Shown here in pieces: positions 38,311 to 48,831 of a DNA stretch of 64,000 nt. The DNA is taken from the UHGV virus genome UHGV-1430452, one strand, 5' to 3'. This DNA is from a virus. Numbering within the stretch: the first letter of the stretch is position 1; each line of letters opens with the position of its first letter. Below the pieces are notes generated by a model, which saw only the letters and a list, made by a program, of their open reading frames with translations, did not search any database and was not told the DNA's origin. The translations under genes and the position numbers were made by a program.

Positions 38311-40890
38311 TCAGATACCTCCTTCAACTCTTGTTATGTCTAGAGTAACCGGAATAGTGACATCGGAATGTTTCTGATTAAAAGATACAGTGATGTTTGC
38401 CCAATAGCCGCTTCCGGACGGTTCCCTAACATACACATCACCCATCCATACGGATAAACGCCGTAATGCATAAAGAGTCTCTTTGTCTTCCTTAGGAATA
38501 ACCATATTCCAAGTTGCAGAAGCGCCAACATGAGTGCCATAATAACTAACCGGATACTTTCTTCCGATATAATTTACGAGTGTACTATCCGGTTTGTTAT
38601 TGTCTGATACATCAATGTTGTAAGGGATTTTCAGCATCGAACCTACCCATGGAGGAGTTTCGAGTTCTTCGTCTTCAGTTGTGTTAAAATTGGTCCATTC
38701 ATCGTCCCACTGAATTATTACGGAATTGCCTCCTACTGGATACCCAGGTGGATCATAGTAACTAACAGAACCTGTACTTTTCGATGTGGCGACAATTCTA
38801 TATCGCGCGTAATCTAAAGCTGGGTGTGGATCAGTTACGTATGATTCATCTAAAGGAGATAGACCGGTAGCTAGCTCGGTAAATGTTCCATCAAACTCTT
38901 TCCTATAAACCGATAGCTCAACATCGGCCACAGCTTCCGACATTTCGTTCAAACAATATGGACTTATGTATGCTGTGTATGTTTCTTCGTCAATTCCTAT
39001 TTCTGCATCCGGTTCATATGTGAATTCAGTCCATGATACATCGAATTCTAATTCCGCTTCTGACGTAAGACCGGAATCCATAGAAGCAGTGCATTTAACT
39101 GTATAGCTGATGGCATTTTCGAGATCTATACTATGTGCAGAGATCTCCAATAACAACTGCTCTTTAGTGTCAAAGTACTGAGAATATAATGCTTCTCCTG
39201 CGTTTATTATTTTCTCATTGCCTATTTCATCAACTGTTGTGTAAACTTCATTCGATGTTATTTCAACATGATATCCAATTGGCATCTGAGTGTTAGGACC
39301 AGTTTCACACTTAAGATAAATAGGAAACGAATTTACTGTAGTGATAATATTATTTTGATTATCAGTCAAATTCATGGACAATGTGGCCGGAGCATAAACG
39401 TTAACTGTTCTCTGTATCGACCAATCGCCATACTGTTTAGTTACACCAGCAGTTCTAACTCGCCACTTTATAACAGTGCCTTCTTTGTATTGGGTAGTAT
39501 CCACAGAATAGAAACTGGTTCTATCTTTATCTTCTTCGACATTGGTATTTTCTATAGTGTGGGTTATTTTTTCTTCATCATAATATATCTCTAATTCAGC
39601 AAACGTCTGACTAGAGCCGTCTTCCGCATTATGAACCCAATATAGAAGTAACTCTTCCCCAGTAATCGCGGTAGTTGTTGAAGACCATGTTGTAGGAGCT
39701 GATGGACTTTTACCAATAACTATGGATTTAATCGATGTCCATGACGATTCTCCATTATCGTTTACAGCTCGTACTCTAAAGAAATATTCCTGTCCTGATT
39801 CCATCCCGGTTATCTGAGCATATTGGTAAGCAGTAGATGTCACGCTTTTAACCTCTCCAGGATTTTGATCGAAATACGATTGTTTTGTTGTATATTCGAT
39901 AGTAAAGCTTGTAGCATTCTCTACTTTTTCCCATTTAAGCTGCACAGACGTGTCCGACGTAGCCTTGATGAAAATTATTTCTTTAGGAGCTGCTGGTACT
40001 GTTCCTGCTGAATTCGAGTAATCAGACCATTCGCCATAGATTTTATCGCTTCCGTATAGGTTCACTGCTCTACAACGAACTCTGTAGTCTGAACCTGGAT
40101 TAATAGTAAAAGACGCCACAGCTCTACAGGTCTGAACCTTTACTGTCGACGTCTTAAACCGAGTTGCCCCACTATAAACTTCAAAAGCGATCTGGTCAGT
40201 TCTAGGATCATCAATGTTATCGATAGTTGCTGTTAATGTGTACTTATCGATTTTTACACTTGGTGCATTAGGCTTAGCAGGAGGATTACCTGCAAAATTC
40301 AAGTATGCACTAGCTTTAGTGGCAGTCCAATAAGCAACGTCTTTACCATTCACCTTATGCTTTTTAGCGACAGGTTTAACATATACCATGACACTTATCG
40401 CATTTGACGGGACGGTGTATGTAGATTGGTGTACTTTTTCTTGTGAATTACTTCCTACAAAAAATATTCCATCACCAGTGCTATAACGCCATTCAACTTG
40501 ATAATAATCTACATAAGAGGTAGCTCTTGGTGCTGCGAAAAAAGATACTGACCTGGTTCCATCACCGAAGTCAGTACCACTTCCATCTTTTATCAGATAT
40601 CCGACATTTATAGCGGACTGAATATTATGAGTACCACTTTTATTCCTGCCTAGAACAGCTCTTGCTCCTTTAATCTGAGTAATTTTCCATGTCTCATTAA
40701 AAACCCAGGAGGAAATGCTAACACCGTTATACCATGTAGCACCACTTTGAATTGTTACCCATTCGCCTACTCGATAGTTTCCAATTTGTTCTGCATATAT
40801 TTTTGCCGGTTCTTTAAAGTCCCATGTAGCGTAATATGTACTATCTGTACCAGACTGAAGCGCTAATTTAAGATTGGTAACTGACGCCAT
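38311..40890 (-). CDS. Distal-tail (Dit-like) protein extended by fibronectin type III domains
   Basis: It sits immediately after the tape measure. FN3 signature PAAPKEIIFIKATSDTSVQLKWEKVENATSFTIEY...YFFRVRAVNDNGESSW. The C-terminal region resembles siphovirus tail-component proteins. Confidence 0.6.
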   Translation of the reverse strand: MASVTNLKLALQSGTDSTYYATWDFKEPAKIYAEQIGNYRVGEWVTIQSGATWYNGVSISSWVFNETWKITQIKGARAVLGRNKSGTHNIQSAINVGYLIKDGSGTDFGDGTRSVSFFAAPRATSYVDYYQVEWRYSTGDGIFFVGSNSQEKVHQSTYTVPSNAISVMVYVKPVAKKHKVNGKDVAYWTATKASAYLNFAGNPPAKPNAPSVKIDKYTLTATIDNIDDPRTDQIAFEVYSGATRFKTSTVKVQTCRAVASFTINPGSDYRVRCRAVNLYGSDKIYGEWSDYSNSAGTVPAAPKEIIFIKATSDTSVQLKWEKVENATSFTIEYTTKQSYFDQNPGEVKSVTSTAYQYAQITGMESGQEYFFRVRAVNDNGESSWTSIKSIVIGKSPSAPTTWSSTTTAITGEELLLYWVHNAEDGSSQTFAELEIYYDEEKITHTIENTNVEEDKDRTSFYSVDTTQYKEGTVIKWRVRTAGVTKQYGDWSIQRTVNVYAPATLSMNLTDNQNNIITTVNSFPIYLKCETGPNTQMPIGYHVEITSNEVYTTVDEIGNEKIINAGEALYSQYFDTKEQLLLEISAHSIDLENAISYTVKCTASMDSGLTSEAELEFDVSWTEFTYEPDAEIGIDEETYTAYISPYCLNEMSEAVADVELSVYRKEFDGTFTELATGLSPLDESYVTDPHPALDYARYRIVATSKSTGSVSYYDPPGYPVGGNSVIIQWDDEWTNFNTTEDEELETPPWVGSMLKIPYNIDVSDNNKPDSTLVNYIGRKYPVSYYGTHVGASATWNMVIPKEDKETLYALRRLSVWMGDVYVREPSGSGYWANITVSFNQKHSDVTIPVTLDITRVEGGI

Positions 40891-40894
40891 TAGC

Positions 40895-43800
40895 TTATAT
40901 CCTCCTTTCTATCACGGCTGCTCTTACAATTTCTTTAACAGCTTCTGTAATATTGCTTCCATCATCATAAGTAAGACCGTTAATGTTATATGAAACACCA
41001 CCAACATTACCTAAGTCTTTACGAAGTCTGTTTATTGCTGAAACAACATCATCCATAGATCCATTTTGAATTCTTTCACCCATCATAGAATTTATGGTGT
41101 TTAGTCTTGACATTACTCCCAATGTAGGAGTTCCATTCAACATGCCGTTAATTGCACTAGCTCCAGATTTAATATCAGACAAATCAAGGACTGGTCTTAT
41201 TGTCGGCTGAGTGTTGATATCTCCGTCAAGAAGACTCGAAATTCTCGACATTGCTGTTTGAGTACTGTTAACAGCGTTATCGGACATTCTAGAAATAGAT
41301 TGTTTCACTAATCCTCCGAACATACCGATACCCTTAGCAAATCCAATAGGAACATATGAACCTATTTTCATGAACACCCTTGAAGGTGAATGAATAGCAA
41401 GATTAGCCCTAGCTGCTGCCGATGCTGCCGCTGCCATTGAAGCTGCTGCATTTGCCGCCGACCAAATGTTCGCTTGAATACCTGCTACAAATCCGCTAGC
41501 TACATAAGATCCAGAACTATAAAAGCTTGAATAATATCCTCTAGTAGAAGATACTGCTGAAGACAATATCGACGTTGTTGTGTTCACAACACTTGAAGCT
41601 CTACTTCGCATACCGTTTACGAATTGTGTCATTAAAGCAACGCCATTAGTTCCAAATACGGATCTTTTACTGCTAATAGCTTTAAGCATCGAGTTGATAA
41701 TATTGGTAGCTGTTGATGTTACCAATGCTTGTTTTGATTTCAAACCATTAGAGAAAGATGTAATTAAGTTCGATCCAATGTTCGACATCTTAGACGTTGA
41801 ACCACTAAATGATTTAGTAATACTATTCATAGAAGTTTGACCCAAAGTAGATACAGCAGTTTTAAACGATGCTACGCCGCTTGTGTTAAGTCCGGCCAAA
41901 CTACTAATAAAATTCTTAATCTTAGTAGCCGCTGTTATAGAGCTAGATATTGATCCGACATTTATACCTGCAACAGAATCAGAGTAACTTTTTAAAGTAC
42001 TTCCGATAGTTCCTATCTTAAAGTTTGAAACTCCACTAGAATCCAAACTTGATAGTCCCTGAATAAAAGTCTTTAATCTATTTGCCGCAGTAACAGAAGA
42101 TGTAACTTTACCAGAGTCCACATTTTCAACCGACTTAGAGTAGCTCTTCAAAGTAGTTCCAATAGATCCTATTTTGAAGTTACTAACACCACTACTATCC
42201 AATCCCGTAAGACTTGATACAAAATTTCTAAGTCTATTTGCTGATGATATGGATGATGAGACTATACCCGGGTCCATATCTTTAACGGAGTTTCCGTAGT
42301 CCTGCATAGCCTTACCTATGGAATTAATCTTGAAGTTTTCAATACCGCTTGTATCAAGACCCACCAGACTAGCTATTAAACTCTTAAGTCTTAAAGCTAC
42401 TGAGACTGCTGTGTTTACTTTAGCGATATCGATATCGGCTACAGATTCTCCGAACTTACCTATAGCCTGTCCAATATTAACCAAATGACCGTCTCCGGCT
42501 CCAACACCTGCAAAGCTACTAACACCACTTGCATCGAGATCGGCTAAAGCGGTAATCAGGTTTTTAATCCTATAAGCGGCTGTTATGGCGGTGTTTATAC
42601 CATCAGAGTTTATGTTTGCAGCGTCTGTTGAGAATGTAGTCATGGCCGAGCTGAATTTTTCGACGTATTTTGAGAATTCCTCAAGATTCATCTTACCGTC
42701 AAACCAGCCTTCTTCTGGAAGGGCTTCTTGAAGAGCTATAATAGCGCTACCTGCATTCGTTACGGATGTTACGACTGCTTCCGATATACCGTCCTCTCCC
42801 ATTCCGGTTTTAAGTTTGCCCATAGCTGTAGCAAATTGACCTATGTTTTCGCCAAAAGTTCCTAAGTCATCTTTTCCGGTAAACCAGTCGATTACTCCTC
42901 CCATATTCTCAAGAGAAGATTGTAATCCAGCAAGTTTAGTAGCCGCATTTATAATAGAAGTAATTGAATCATCATCTATTTTTGTATCTCCTAAATCGGC
43001 AAAAGCAGTTTTCATCGATCCCATAAAGCTAGCGACACTAGACCCAAAAGTCCCTAAGTCGTCCCTTCCAGTGAACCAGTCAACCACTCCTCCTATATTT
43101 TCAAGCGATGACTGCAAGCCTGATAATTTAGTAGCTGCGTCGATGATTATGCCGATTGCTTCGGTATTTATTTTGACTCCGTCTAAGCTTGAAAATGCTT
43201 TTGTCATAGATCCTATAAATAGACCTATATTTACACCAAATGTGCCGAGGTCGTCTCTACCTTTAAACCAGCTTATTACTCCACCTATTGGTTCGAGTGC
43301 TGACTGCAATCCTGCTAATTTAGTTGATCCATCGATAATGGTAGTCAAAGCTTCAGAATTAAATTCAACACCATCAAGACTCTGAAAAGCAGTTTTCATA
43401 GAGAATATAAATTGAGCTACGTTTGTTCCAAAAGTTCCAAGATCATCTCTACCTTTAAACCAACTTATTACTCCGCCTATAGGTTCCAATGACGATTGTA
43501 AATTAGCTAGAATAGTAGTAGCACTTATTATTGCGGTTAATCCTTCTGTGTTTAAAGTAATTCCTTCTAGATCAGAGAACGCAACTTTCATGGAAGATAT
43601 GAATTCTCCTACACTTTCTCCAAATGTGCCGAGGTCGTCTCTACCTTTAAACCAGCTTATTACTCCGCCTATTGGTTCAAGGCTAGATTGAAGTTTACTC
43701 AGTTCAGCAGCTCCAGTAATGATCGATGTTAAAGCTTCCGTATTGAAGGATACTCCGTCAAGACCTAGAAAAGCATTCTTCATTGAGAATATAAATTGAC

Positions 43801-46800
43801 CGACGTTAGTTCCGAAAGTCGCGAGGTCATCCCTGCCAGAGAACCAATCCATAACACCGCCTATAGGCTCCAATGACGATTGTAATTCGCTAAGTTTCGT
43901 TGCTACATTTATCACAGCGCCCATTGCCGCCTCGTCTATTGTGATTCCAGCAGAAGCTTGCGATATCGCTTTCATAGCATTGAAGAACGCAACACCATCG
44001 GTCTCAAACTTCTCCATAGAAGTACCACCGAGAGTGAATATGTCAGCGATAGAAGTACCAACTGTTGTAAATCCTATCTCTGCCATAGCACTCATTAAAT
44101 CGGACACGCCATCGAAAGATCCTGATTTAATACCACTAGCATTTTCGCTTGCTATAGCTAGTTTGTCCATGAAATCAGCAATATTTTGACCTATTTCCGG
44201 TAAACTTCCGGTAATACCTTCTCCGATTCCTCCTATGAATGCTCCGATTCCTTTGCCGATTGCGTTTCCTATTTTTCCTAATAATCCACCGCCAGCTTCA
44301 ACAAGGGACGAAAAACCTGGAATTTTAGATAACCCACCGATTGCTGCCAGAAGTACTGCTATCTCAGCTATTACAGCACCAACGGCTAATACTCCGGTCA
44401 TTGCTGGGCCGGCTAAAGCTCCAGCTCCGGCGAATACTTTCATCAATATTCCGATTACTCCGAATGCACCTATGCCTTTTAGCATAGTATCCATATCTAA
44501 ATTGCCTATCGAATCGACGATACCTTTGACAACTTGTCCGACAAAATTCATTATTGCCGATATTAATTCTGGAGTATGCTCGGCAAGACTATTAATAACT
44601 CCGATTATAAAACCGAGAAGTGAATCGACAATCTGTGGTGCATACTGTTCTAATGCGTCTAAAACGCCTAAGAGCAGTTTCAGAAAACTTTCAGCCAATT
44701 GAGGTGCATATTCTCCTATAACTTTTGCGATTTCGACGATACCTCGACCTATTACTTCAGCAATTTGTGGAATCAATCCTAAAATACCGGTGATTATAAC
44801 TGTTATTGATGCGACAAGCGCTGTGGCACCAGCAGTTCCAGCAGTAGCAAGAGCTGTGAATCCAGCTGATAGAGCAAGTATACCAACGCCAATTCCAGCT
44901 ATAGCTACAGCAAATATAGCCATCGCAGCGGATAAACCAAGTATTGCCGGAGTGAGTGGACTCAGAAGAGCTCCAGCTACTCCTATTACTACAAAGGCTC
45001 CAGCAAGAGTTACGAGACCTTTTACTATGCTCTCCCAACTCATAGATCCTAATGATTTCAATACAGGTGTTAAAATTGCTAATCCAGCAGCTGCAACAAC
45101 TAATGCGGCAGACCCCTTAAGAGATCCACTCATGGCTTTTAATCCAATAGATAGCTCGACCAAAGCTATTCCAAGTACAACGAGTCCTTTTCCTATACTC
45201 TCCCAGCTCATCGATCCTAATGATTTTAAGACTGGAGTTAATATAGCAAGTGCTGACGCCATCAAAAGCATTTGACCGCCGAACTTAGCGATAGATCCAC
45301 TACCCTTGCTCATAATTTTAGAAGCTAACACCAGCATTGTAACAATACCTAATATTCCAGCTCCACCTTTAGCTAATTCGTTCCAACTCATAGAACCCAA
45401 ACTCTTACCAACAGCAGCCAAAATGCCAACCGCAGCTGACATGATAAGCATCTGTCCAGCAAATTTGGTTATAGACTTACTTTCAGTATTCATGAGTTTG
45501 GCAGCACCAACTAATATAGCGACTATTCCTAATATTCCGGCCCCACCTTTGGCTAATTCTTCCCAACTCATTGAACTGAGAATTTTAGCGACTCCAGATA
45601 ACGCTGCTATTGCTGCTGATAATATAAGCATCTGTCCAGCAAATTTGGTTATAGACTTACTTTCGGTATTCATAAGTTTAGCAGCCGCGACGAGTATAGC
45701 TACCATTCCACCAATACCAACGAGGCCTTTTGCTACACCGTTCCAATCAAGTCCAGCTATAATTTTCATAGCGCCTGCTAATATAAGAATAGCTGCTCCG
45801 AGTCCAATCATCTGAACAGTTCTAGCTATACCTGACAAACTTGATACTATACCAGATAAAGGTTTGACACTTTTGCTGTTTATTTTTTCAAGCACTGCTA
45901 ATGCAGATATCAACTCTACAAACAAACCGCCTATTGCGCCTAAAGAACTTCCGAGTTTATCCTCGTCTATTCCAGATATGACAAAAAGAGCCGCTGCCAG
46001 TATTCCAATAGCACCCGCTATTTTTAGCAATGTTCCGGCTTTAAGATTCTGTTGCCATGATTCCAAACTTCCCTTAACGCCATCAAGTATTTTTTTAACG
46101 TTATCTAAGAAACTTATTTTTTCGAATGGATCAGATAATCCTTTAATAAAGTTTCTTATGGCTAGTAATATTCCAGCAAACAATCCGCTGTTTAATACTT
46201 CGAAAATATCGCCTTTACCAAAGGCATCGGCTATCATATTACCTATATCGGAAAAAGCTTCTCCGATGGCCGCGCCAACCGACTTTATAGTGTTCCATAG
46301 ACCGGAAAAGAAGCCAAGAAAACCTTGAAGTGTAGGAGAAATCTTAAAACTCTCAATAAGTGAGCGTCCAAACTCTGCTATTTTTGAAATCCCGTTGCTA
46401 AGAAATCCAACAATTTTATCAACTGCGTCGCCAAACAGATTTCCTTCTACTATGGAGTCTCTCACATTCGAGATAAAATCTCCAAAAGAACTCGTTGCAT
46501 CCAGTATTCCTCCACCAAGTCCGGTGAAGTTTCCAATAATATCTAGAGCGCCTTTTCCAACAGCTTTAAAAGCCTCTATAACAATATCGATAGCGGAAAA
46601 GATTCCTTTAAATGTAGATTTTATTTTAGATGCAGCGCCTTCACTTACTTTTAAAGTATCAGTGAAAGCTTTGAATCTATCAATCATACTTACTACTTGG
46701 TCGACTGTAGTAGGTGGAAATATCTCTCTAAAAGCTTCTTTTATCGGTTTTATTATATCTCCAAGGAATTTGAATATATTTTTCAAACCCTCTATAATTT

Positions 46801-48442
46801 TTTCTCTACCGCCAAGCTCGGTTATTCCATCGATAAGACCATCTATGTTGTCTTTTAATTTATTCGTAGATTCGTTTGCTTCATTTAGCGCTTTTAATGT
46901 AGCGTCATCAACGATACCTGTTATTTCTAAATCGTTAGCTTCCTGAAAAGCTTTAATAGCTGACTCTGTGGCACTTCCGAAAATTCCATCAGCACCAGAA
47001 TCGCCAATATCATAGTTAAGGCTTTGTAATGCTTTTTGTACTTTTGTTACGTCGTCTCCTGTATTACCTTTCGATAAACCGGCTTCGACTCCACTTAAAT
47101 CTACAAGTTCGCCTTTTAATCCGCTAACAGCTTCTTTTAAAATATCAGAAGATATGGCACCAGATTGAAAAGCTTTTTCTAGAGAACCATATTTTTTTAT
47201 GATCTCGTCCATATTAACGCCATGGTCCTCAGCAATCGATCTAACTTTTTCCTCAAAAGTATCGGTTTCTACACCAGCTTCATTTATTTTTTTTACAAGC
47301 TTATCCCAGTTAGAAGACATCGCGCCTTCCAATAATTCGTTACGAGATTTCGCTGATGATTCAACCATCTTTCCAATGGTATCTGAAATTCCAGTGAACA
47401 ATTCTTTGGAGTCTTCAAAATCACCGACAAGTATTCTCCAAGTTTGACCCCATCCAGATTGGAGAGATTCTTTTACCGTATCTATCAGCTGTGTGAATGT
47501 TTTTACTTTTGTAGCAGCGTCTTCAGCGTCCTTCGCTAAAGCCATAATATCGTTTGCTTGAGATTCGCTATAACCTTGGGCAATAAGATCGGCCTTACTA
47601 TATGCGCCAGACAATTGGTTAAGAGTTTCAGTTAATACCTCGGTCGTTAACCATTCACCTTTTGTTAGGCTTTCTCTAAAGCTGCCATATGTATCAATAG
47701 CTTGTTTAGCGCCTGTTCCCAAAAGTTCAGACGTTCTAACAAGTGCGTCCTGAAATACCTTACCACCCATACCGGCATTAACAACTGAGTTCCAGTCCAT
47801 AAGACTAACTTTACCTGCCGCCAATGCCTGAGAAAGCTGATACATCGCAGTAGATGCCTGTTGAGAAGTTGATCCAGAAACTGCGGCCAAGTTCGCAATA
47901 CCTTTAATAGCATTAACTGAGGTATCAAGTTTTACACCAGCTGCTGTAAACGTACCGATATTACGAGTCATTTCCGTAAAATTGTAAATCGTCTTATCGG
48001 CATATGTATTTAGCTCATCTAAAGCCTTATTTACAATATCAACATTAGTGCCTTCCTGCCTTGTATTGGATAGAATTGTCTGAATAGCACCAATCTGAGT
48101 TTCGTATTCTTGGAAACCGCTTTTAACCGGATCTATAGTTAATGCTGATATCATACGTTTACCAGTGTTAACAGCCTGGTTAGTGATGTTTGCTAAAGCA
48201 GTTACACCAGCGACCTGTAGTGCTGAAAATTTAGCCTGAACTGTCTCTATACCACTGCTCATTCCTGCAAAGCTAACACCTTTAGCAGCCTTACCGACAT
48301 TCTCCAACCCTTTGGAGGCACCAGATAGATTTAACTTTTGTTTGAGCTTATCGAGAGTTGACATACTGGTTGCGACTCCGCTCTCAAACTGCTTATTGTC
48401 GAACCGCATCTCCAAGACTCTGTTGTCAATAGTCGTACTCAT
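40895..48442 (-). CDS. Tape measure protein (2515 aa) with multi-TM core and three internal repeat families
   Basis: The call rests on size, position, the N-terminal TMP-like region, long Ala/Gly/Ile-rich hydrophobic stretches and the repeats annotated separately below. Confidence 0.85.
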   Translation of the reverse strand: MSTTIDNRVLEMRFDNKQFESGVATSMSTLDKLKQKLNLSGASKGLENVGKAAKGVSFAGMSSGIETVQAKFSALQVAGVTALANITNQAVNTGKRMISALTIDPVKSGFQEYETQIGAIQTILSNTRQEGTNVDIVNKALDELNTYADKTIYNFTEMTRNIGTFTAAGVKLDTSVNAIKGIANLAAVSGSTSQQASTAMYQLSQALAAGKVSLMDWNSVVNAGMGGKVFQDALVRTSELLGTGAKQAIDTYGSFRESLTKGEWLTTEVLTETLNQLSGAYSKADLIAQGYSESQANDIMALAKDAEDAATKVKTFTQLIDTVKESLQSGWGQTWRILVGDFEDSKELFTGISDTIGKMVESSAKSRNELLEGAMSSNWDKLVKKINEAGVETDTFEEKVRSIAEDHGVNMDEIIKKYGSLEKAFQSGAISSDILKEAVSGLKGELVDLSGVEAGLSKGNTGDDVTKVQKALQSLNYDIGDSGADGIFGSATESAIKAFQEANDLEITGIVDDATLKALNEANESTNKLKDNIDGLIDGITELGGREKIIEGLKNIFKFLGDIIKPIKEAFREIFPPTTVDQVVSMIDRFKAFTDTLKVSEGAASKIKSTFKGIFSAIDIVIEAFKAVGKGALDIIGNFTGLGGGILDATSSFGDFISNVRDSIVEGNLFGDAVDKIVGFLSNGISKIAEFGRSLIESFKISPTLQGFLGFFSGLWNTIKSVGAAIGEAFSDIGNMIADAFGKGDIFEVLNSGLFAGILLAIRNFIKGLSDPFEKISFLDNVKKILDGVKGSLESWQQNLKAGTLLKIAGAIGILAAALFVISGIDEDKLGSSLGAIGGLFVELISALAVLEKINSKSVKPLSGIVSSLSGIARTVQMIGLGAAILILAGAMKIIAGLDWNGVAKGLVGIGGMVAILVAAAKLMNTESKSITKFAGQMLILSAAIAALSGVAKILSSMSWEELAKGGAGILGIVAILVGAAKLMNTESKSITKFAGQMLIMSAAVGILAAVGKSLGSMSWNELAKGGAGILGIVTMLVLASKIMSKGSGSIAKFGGQMLLMASALAILTPVLKSLGSMSWESIGKGLVVLGIALVELSIGLKAMSGSLKGSAALVVAAAGLAILTPVLKSLGSMSWESIVKGLVTLAGAFVVIGVAGALLSPLTPAILGLSAAMAIFAVAIAGIGVGILALSAGFTALATAGTAGATALVASITVIITGILGLIPQIAEVIGRGIVEIAKVIGEYAPQLAESFLKLLLGVLDALEQYAPQIVDSLLGFIIGVINSLAEHTPELISAIMNFVGQVVKGIVDSIGNLDMDTMLKGIGAFGVIGILMKVFAGAGALAGPAMTGVLAVGAVIAEIAVLLAAIGGLSKIPGFSSLVEAGGGLLGKIGNAIGKGIGAFIGGIGEGITGSLPEIGQNIADFMDKLAIASENASGIKSGSFDGVSDLMSAMAEIGFTTVGTSIADIFTLGGTSMEKFETDGVAFFNAMKAISQASAGITIDEAAMGAVINVATKLSELQSSLEPIGGVMDWFSGRDDLATFGTNVGQFIFSMKNAFLGLDGVSFNTEALTSIITGAAELSKLQSSLEPIGGVISWFKGRDDLGTFGESVGEFISSMKVAFSDLEGITLNTEGLTAIISATTILANLQSSLEPIGGVISWFKGRDDLGTFGTNVAQFIFSMKTAFQSLDGVEFNSEALTTIIDGSTKLAGLQSALEPIGGVISWFKGRDDLGTFGVNIGLFIGSMTKAFSSLDGVKINTEAIGIIIDAATKLSGLQSSLENIGGVVDWFTGRDDLGTFGSSVASFMGSMKTAFADLGDTKIDDDSITSIINAATKLAGLQSSLENMGGVIDWFTGKDDLGTFGENIGQFATAMGKLKTGMGEDGISEAVVTSVTNAGSAIIALQEALPEEGWFDGKMNLEEFSKYVEKFSSAMTTFSTDAANINSDGINTAITAAYRIKNLITALADLDASGVSSFAGVGAGDGHLVNIGQAIGKFGESVADIDIAKVNTAVSVALRLKSLIASLVGLDTSGIENFKINSIGKAMQDYGNSVKDMDPGIVSSSISSANRLRNFVSSLTGLDSSGVSNFKIGSIGTTLKSYSKSVENVDSGKVTSSVTAANRLKTFIQGLSSLDSSGVSNFKIGTIGSTLKSYSDSVAGINVGSISSSITAATKIKNFISSLAGLNTSGVASFKTAVSTLGQTSMNSITKSFSGSTSKMSNIGSNLITSFSNGLKSKQALVTSTATNIINSMLKAISSKRSVFGTNGVALMTQFVNGMRSRASSVVNTTTSILSSAVSSTRGYYSSFYSSGSYVASGFVAGIQANIWSAANAAASMAAAASAAARANLAIHSPSRVFMKIGSYVPIGFAKGIGMFGGLVKQSISRMSDNAVNSTQTAMSRISSLLDGDINTQPTIRPVLDLSDIKSGASAINGMLNGTPTLGVMSRLNTINSMMGERIQNGSMDDVVSAINRLRKDLGNVGGVSYNINGLTYDDGSNITEAVKEIVRAAVIERRI
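41850..42560 (-). repeat. TMP repeat family 2: ~49-aa units (...L.GLD(S/T)SGVSNFKIG(S/T)IG..LKSYS.SV...), 4-5 copies
   Basis: Seen in the translation and as recurring DNA blocks. Boundaries are approximate. Confidence 0.7.
42650..43900 (-). repeat. TMP repeat family 1: ~63-aa units centred on LQSSLEPIGGVISWFKGRDDLGTFG, 6 copies + 1 degenerate
   Basis: Near-identical DNA blocks, e.g. gtgccgaggtcgtctctacctttaaaccagcttattactcc at about 43241 and 43621. Boundaries are approximate. Confidence 0.8.
44990..45800 (-). repeat. TMP repeat family 3: hydrophobic ~55-60-aa units each containing SMSWE(E/S)(L/I).KG, about 5 copies
   Basis: The translation shows SMSWEELAKG, SMSWNELAKG, SMSWESIGKG and SMSWESIVKG plus LDWNGVAKG. 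Boundaries are approximate. Confidence 0.7.
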
Positions 48443-48816
48443 ATCTTAGTAACCTCCCTCCAGGCCTCTTCTGCCATTTTGTCAAAAATAGGCTGAATCG
48501 CAGGATTGATATAATCTCTCCCTTGAACCCAGCCTCCAGTACCAGTCCCATGACCATATTGCAAAATAATAGCGATTGGTACACCTTTATTAATGTTAGA
48601 GTTTGTAAAAGTAATCTTTGCTGATCCGGATGTATTCTCAATTTCGTATCCCCACGATTTAGCAGTCAATCCAGATTCTACAGGAGTAGCAGACATAAGA
48701 GCAGCCACCCCTTCCCGACCATATTTGTCGAGTACGCTGAGCTTTGCATTCCCTTTAAGTTTCTCAAAATATCGAGTAACTTTAGAGAAGTCTCCCTTAT
48801 GTCTGAAACTAATCAT
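48439..48816 (-). CDS. HK97 gp10-family tail-component protein
   Basis: MISFRHKGDFSKV...LDKYGREGVAAL...TPV.SG.TA.SW.YE......A.I...N....G.PIAI.LQYGHGT matches the gp10 pattern. Its stop overlaps the TMP start. Confidence 0.6.
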   Translation of the reverse strand: MISFRHKGDFSKVTRYFEKLKGNAKLSVLDKYGREGVAALMSATPVESGLTAKSWGYEIENTSGSAKITFTNSNINKGVPIAIILQYGHGTGTGGWVQGRDYINPAIQPIFDKMAEEAWREVTKI

Positions 48817-48831
48817 TTTGATCTTTCTCCT

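Noticed and set aside
40895-48442. Many plus-strand ORFs of 60-180 aa inside the tape measure gene (for example 42843..43385, 44235..44702, 45306..45815, 46395..46946), and similar antisense ORFs in the replicase, fibre and capsid genes
   Set aside because: They are antisense to long, motif-supported minus-strand genes and lack SD sequences. Their low-complexity Pro/Ser/Ile-rich translations are typical of the reverse strand of Ala/Gly-rich coding sequence.
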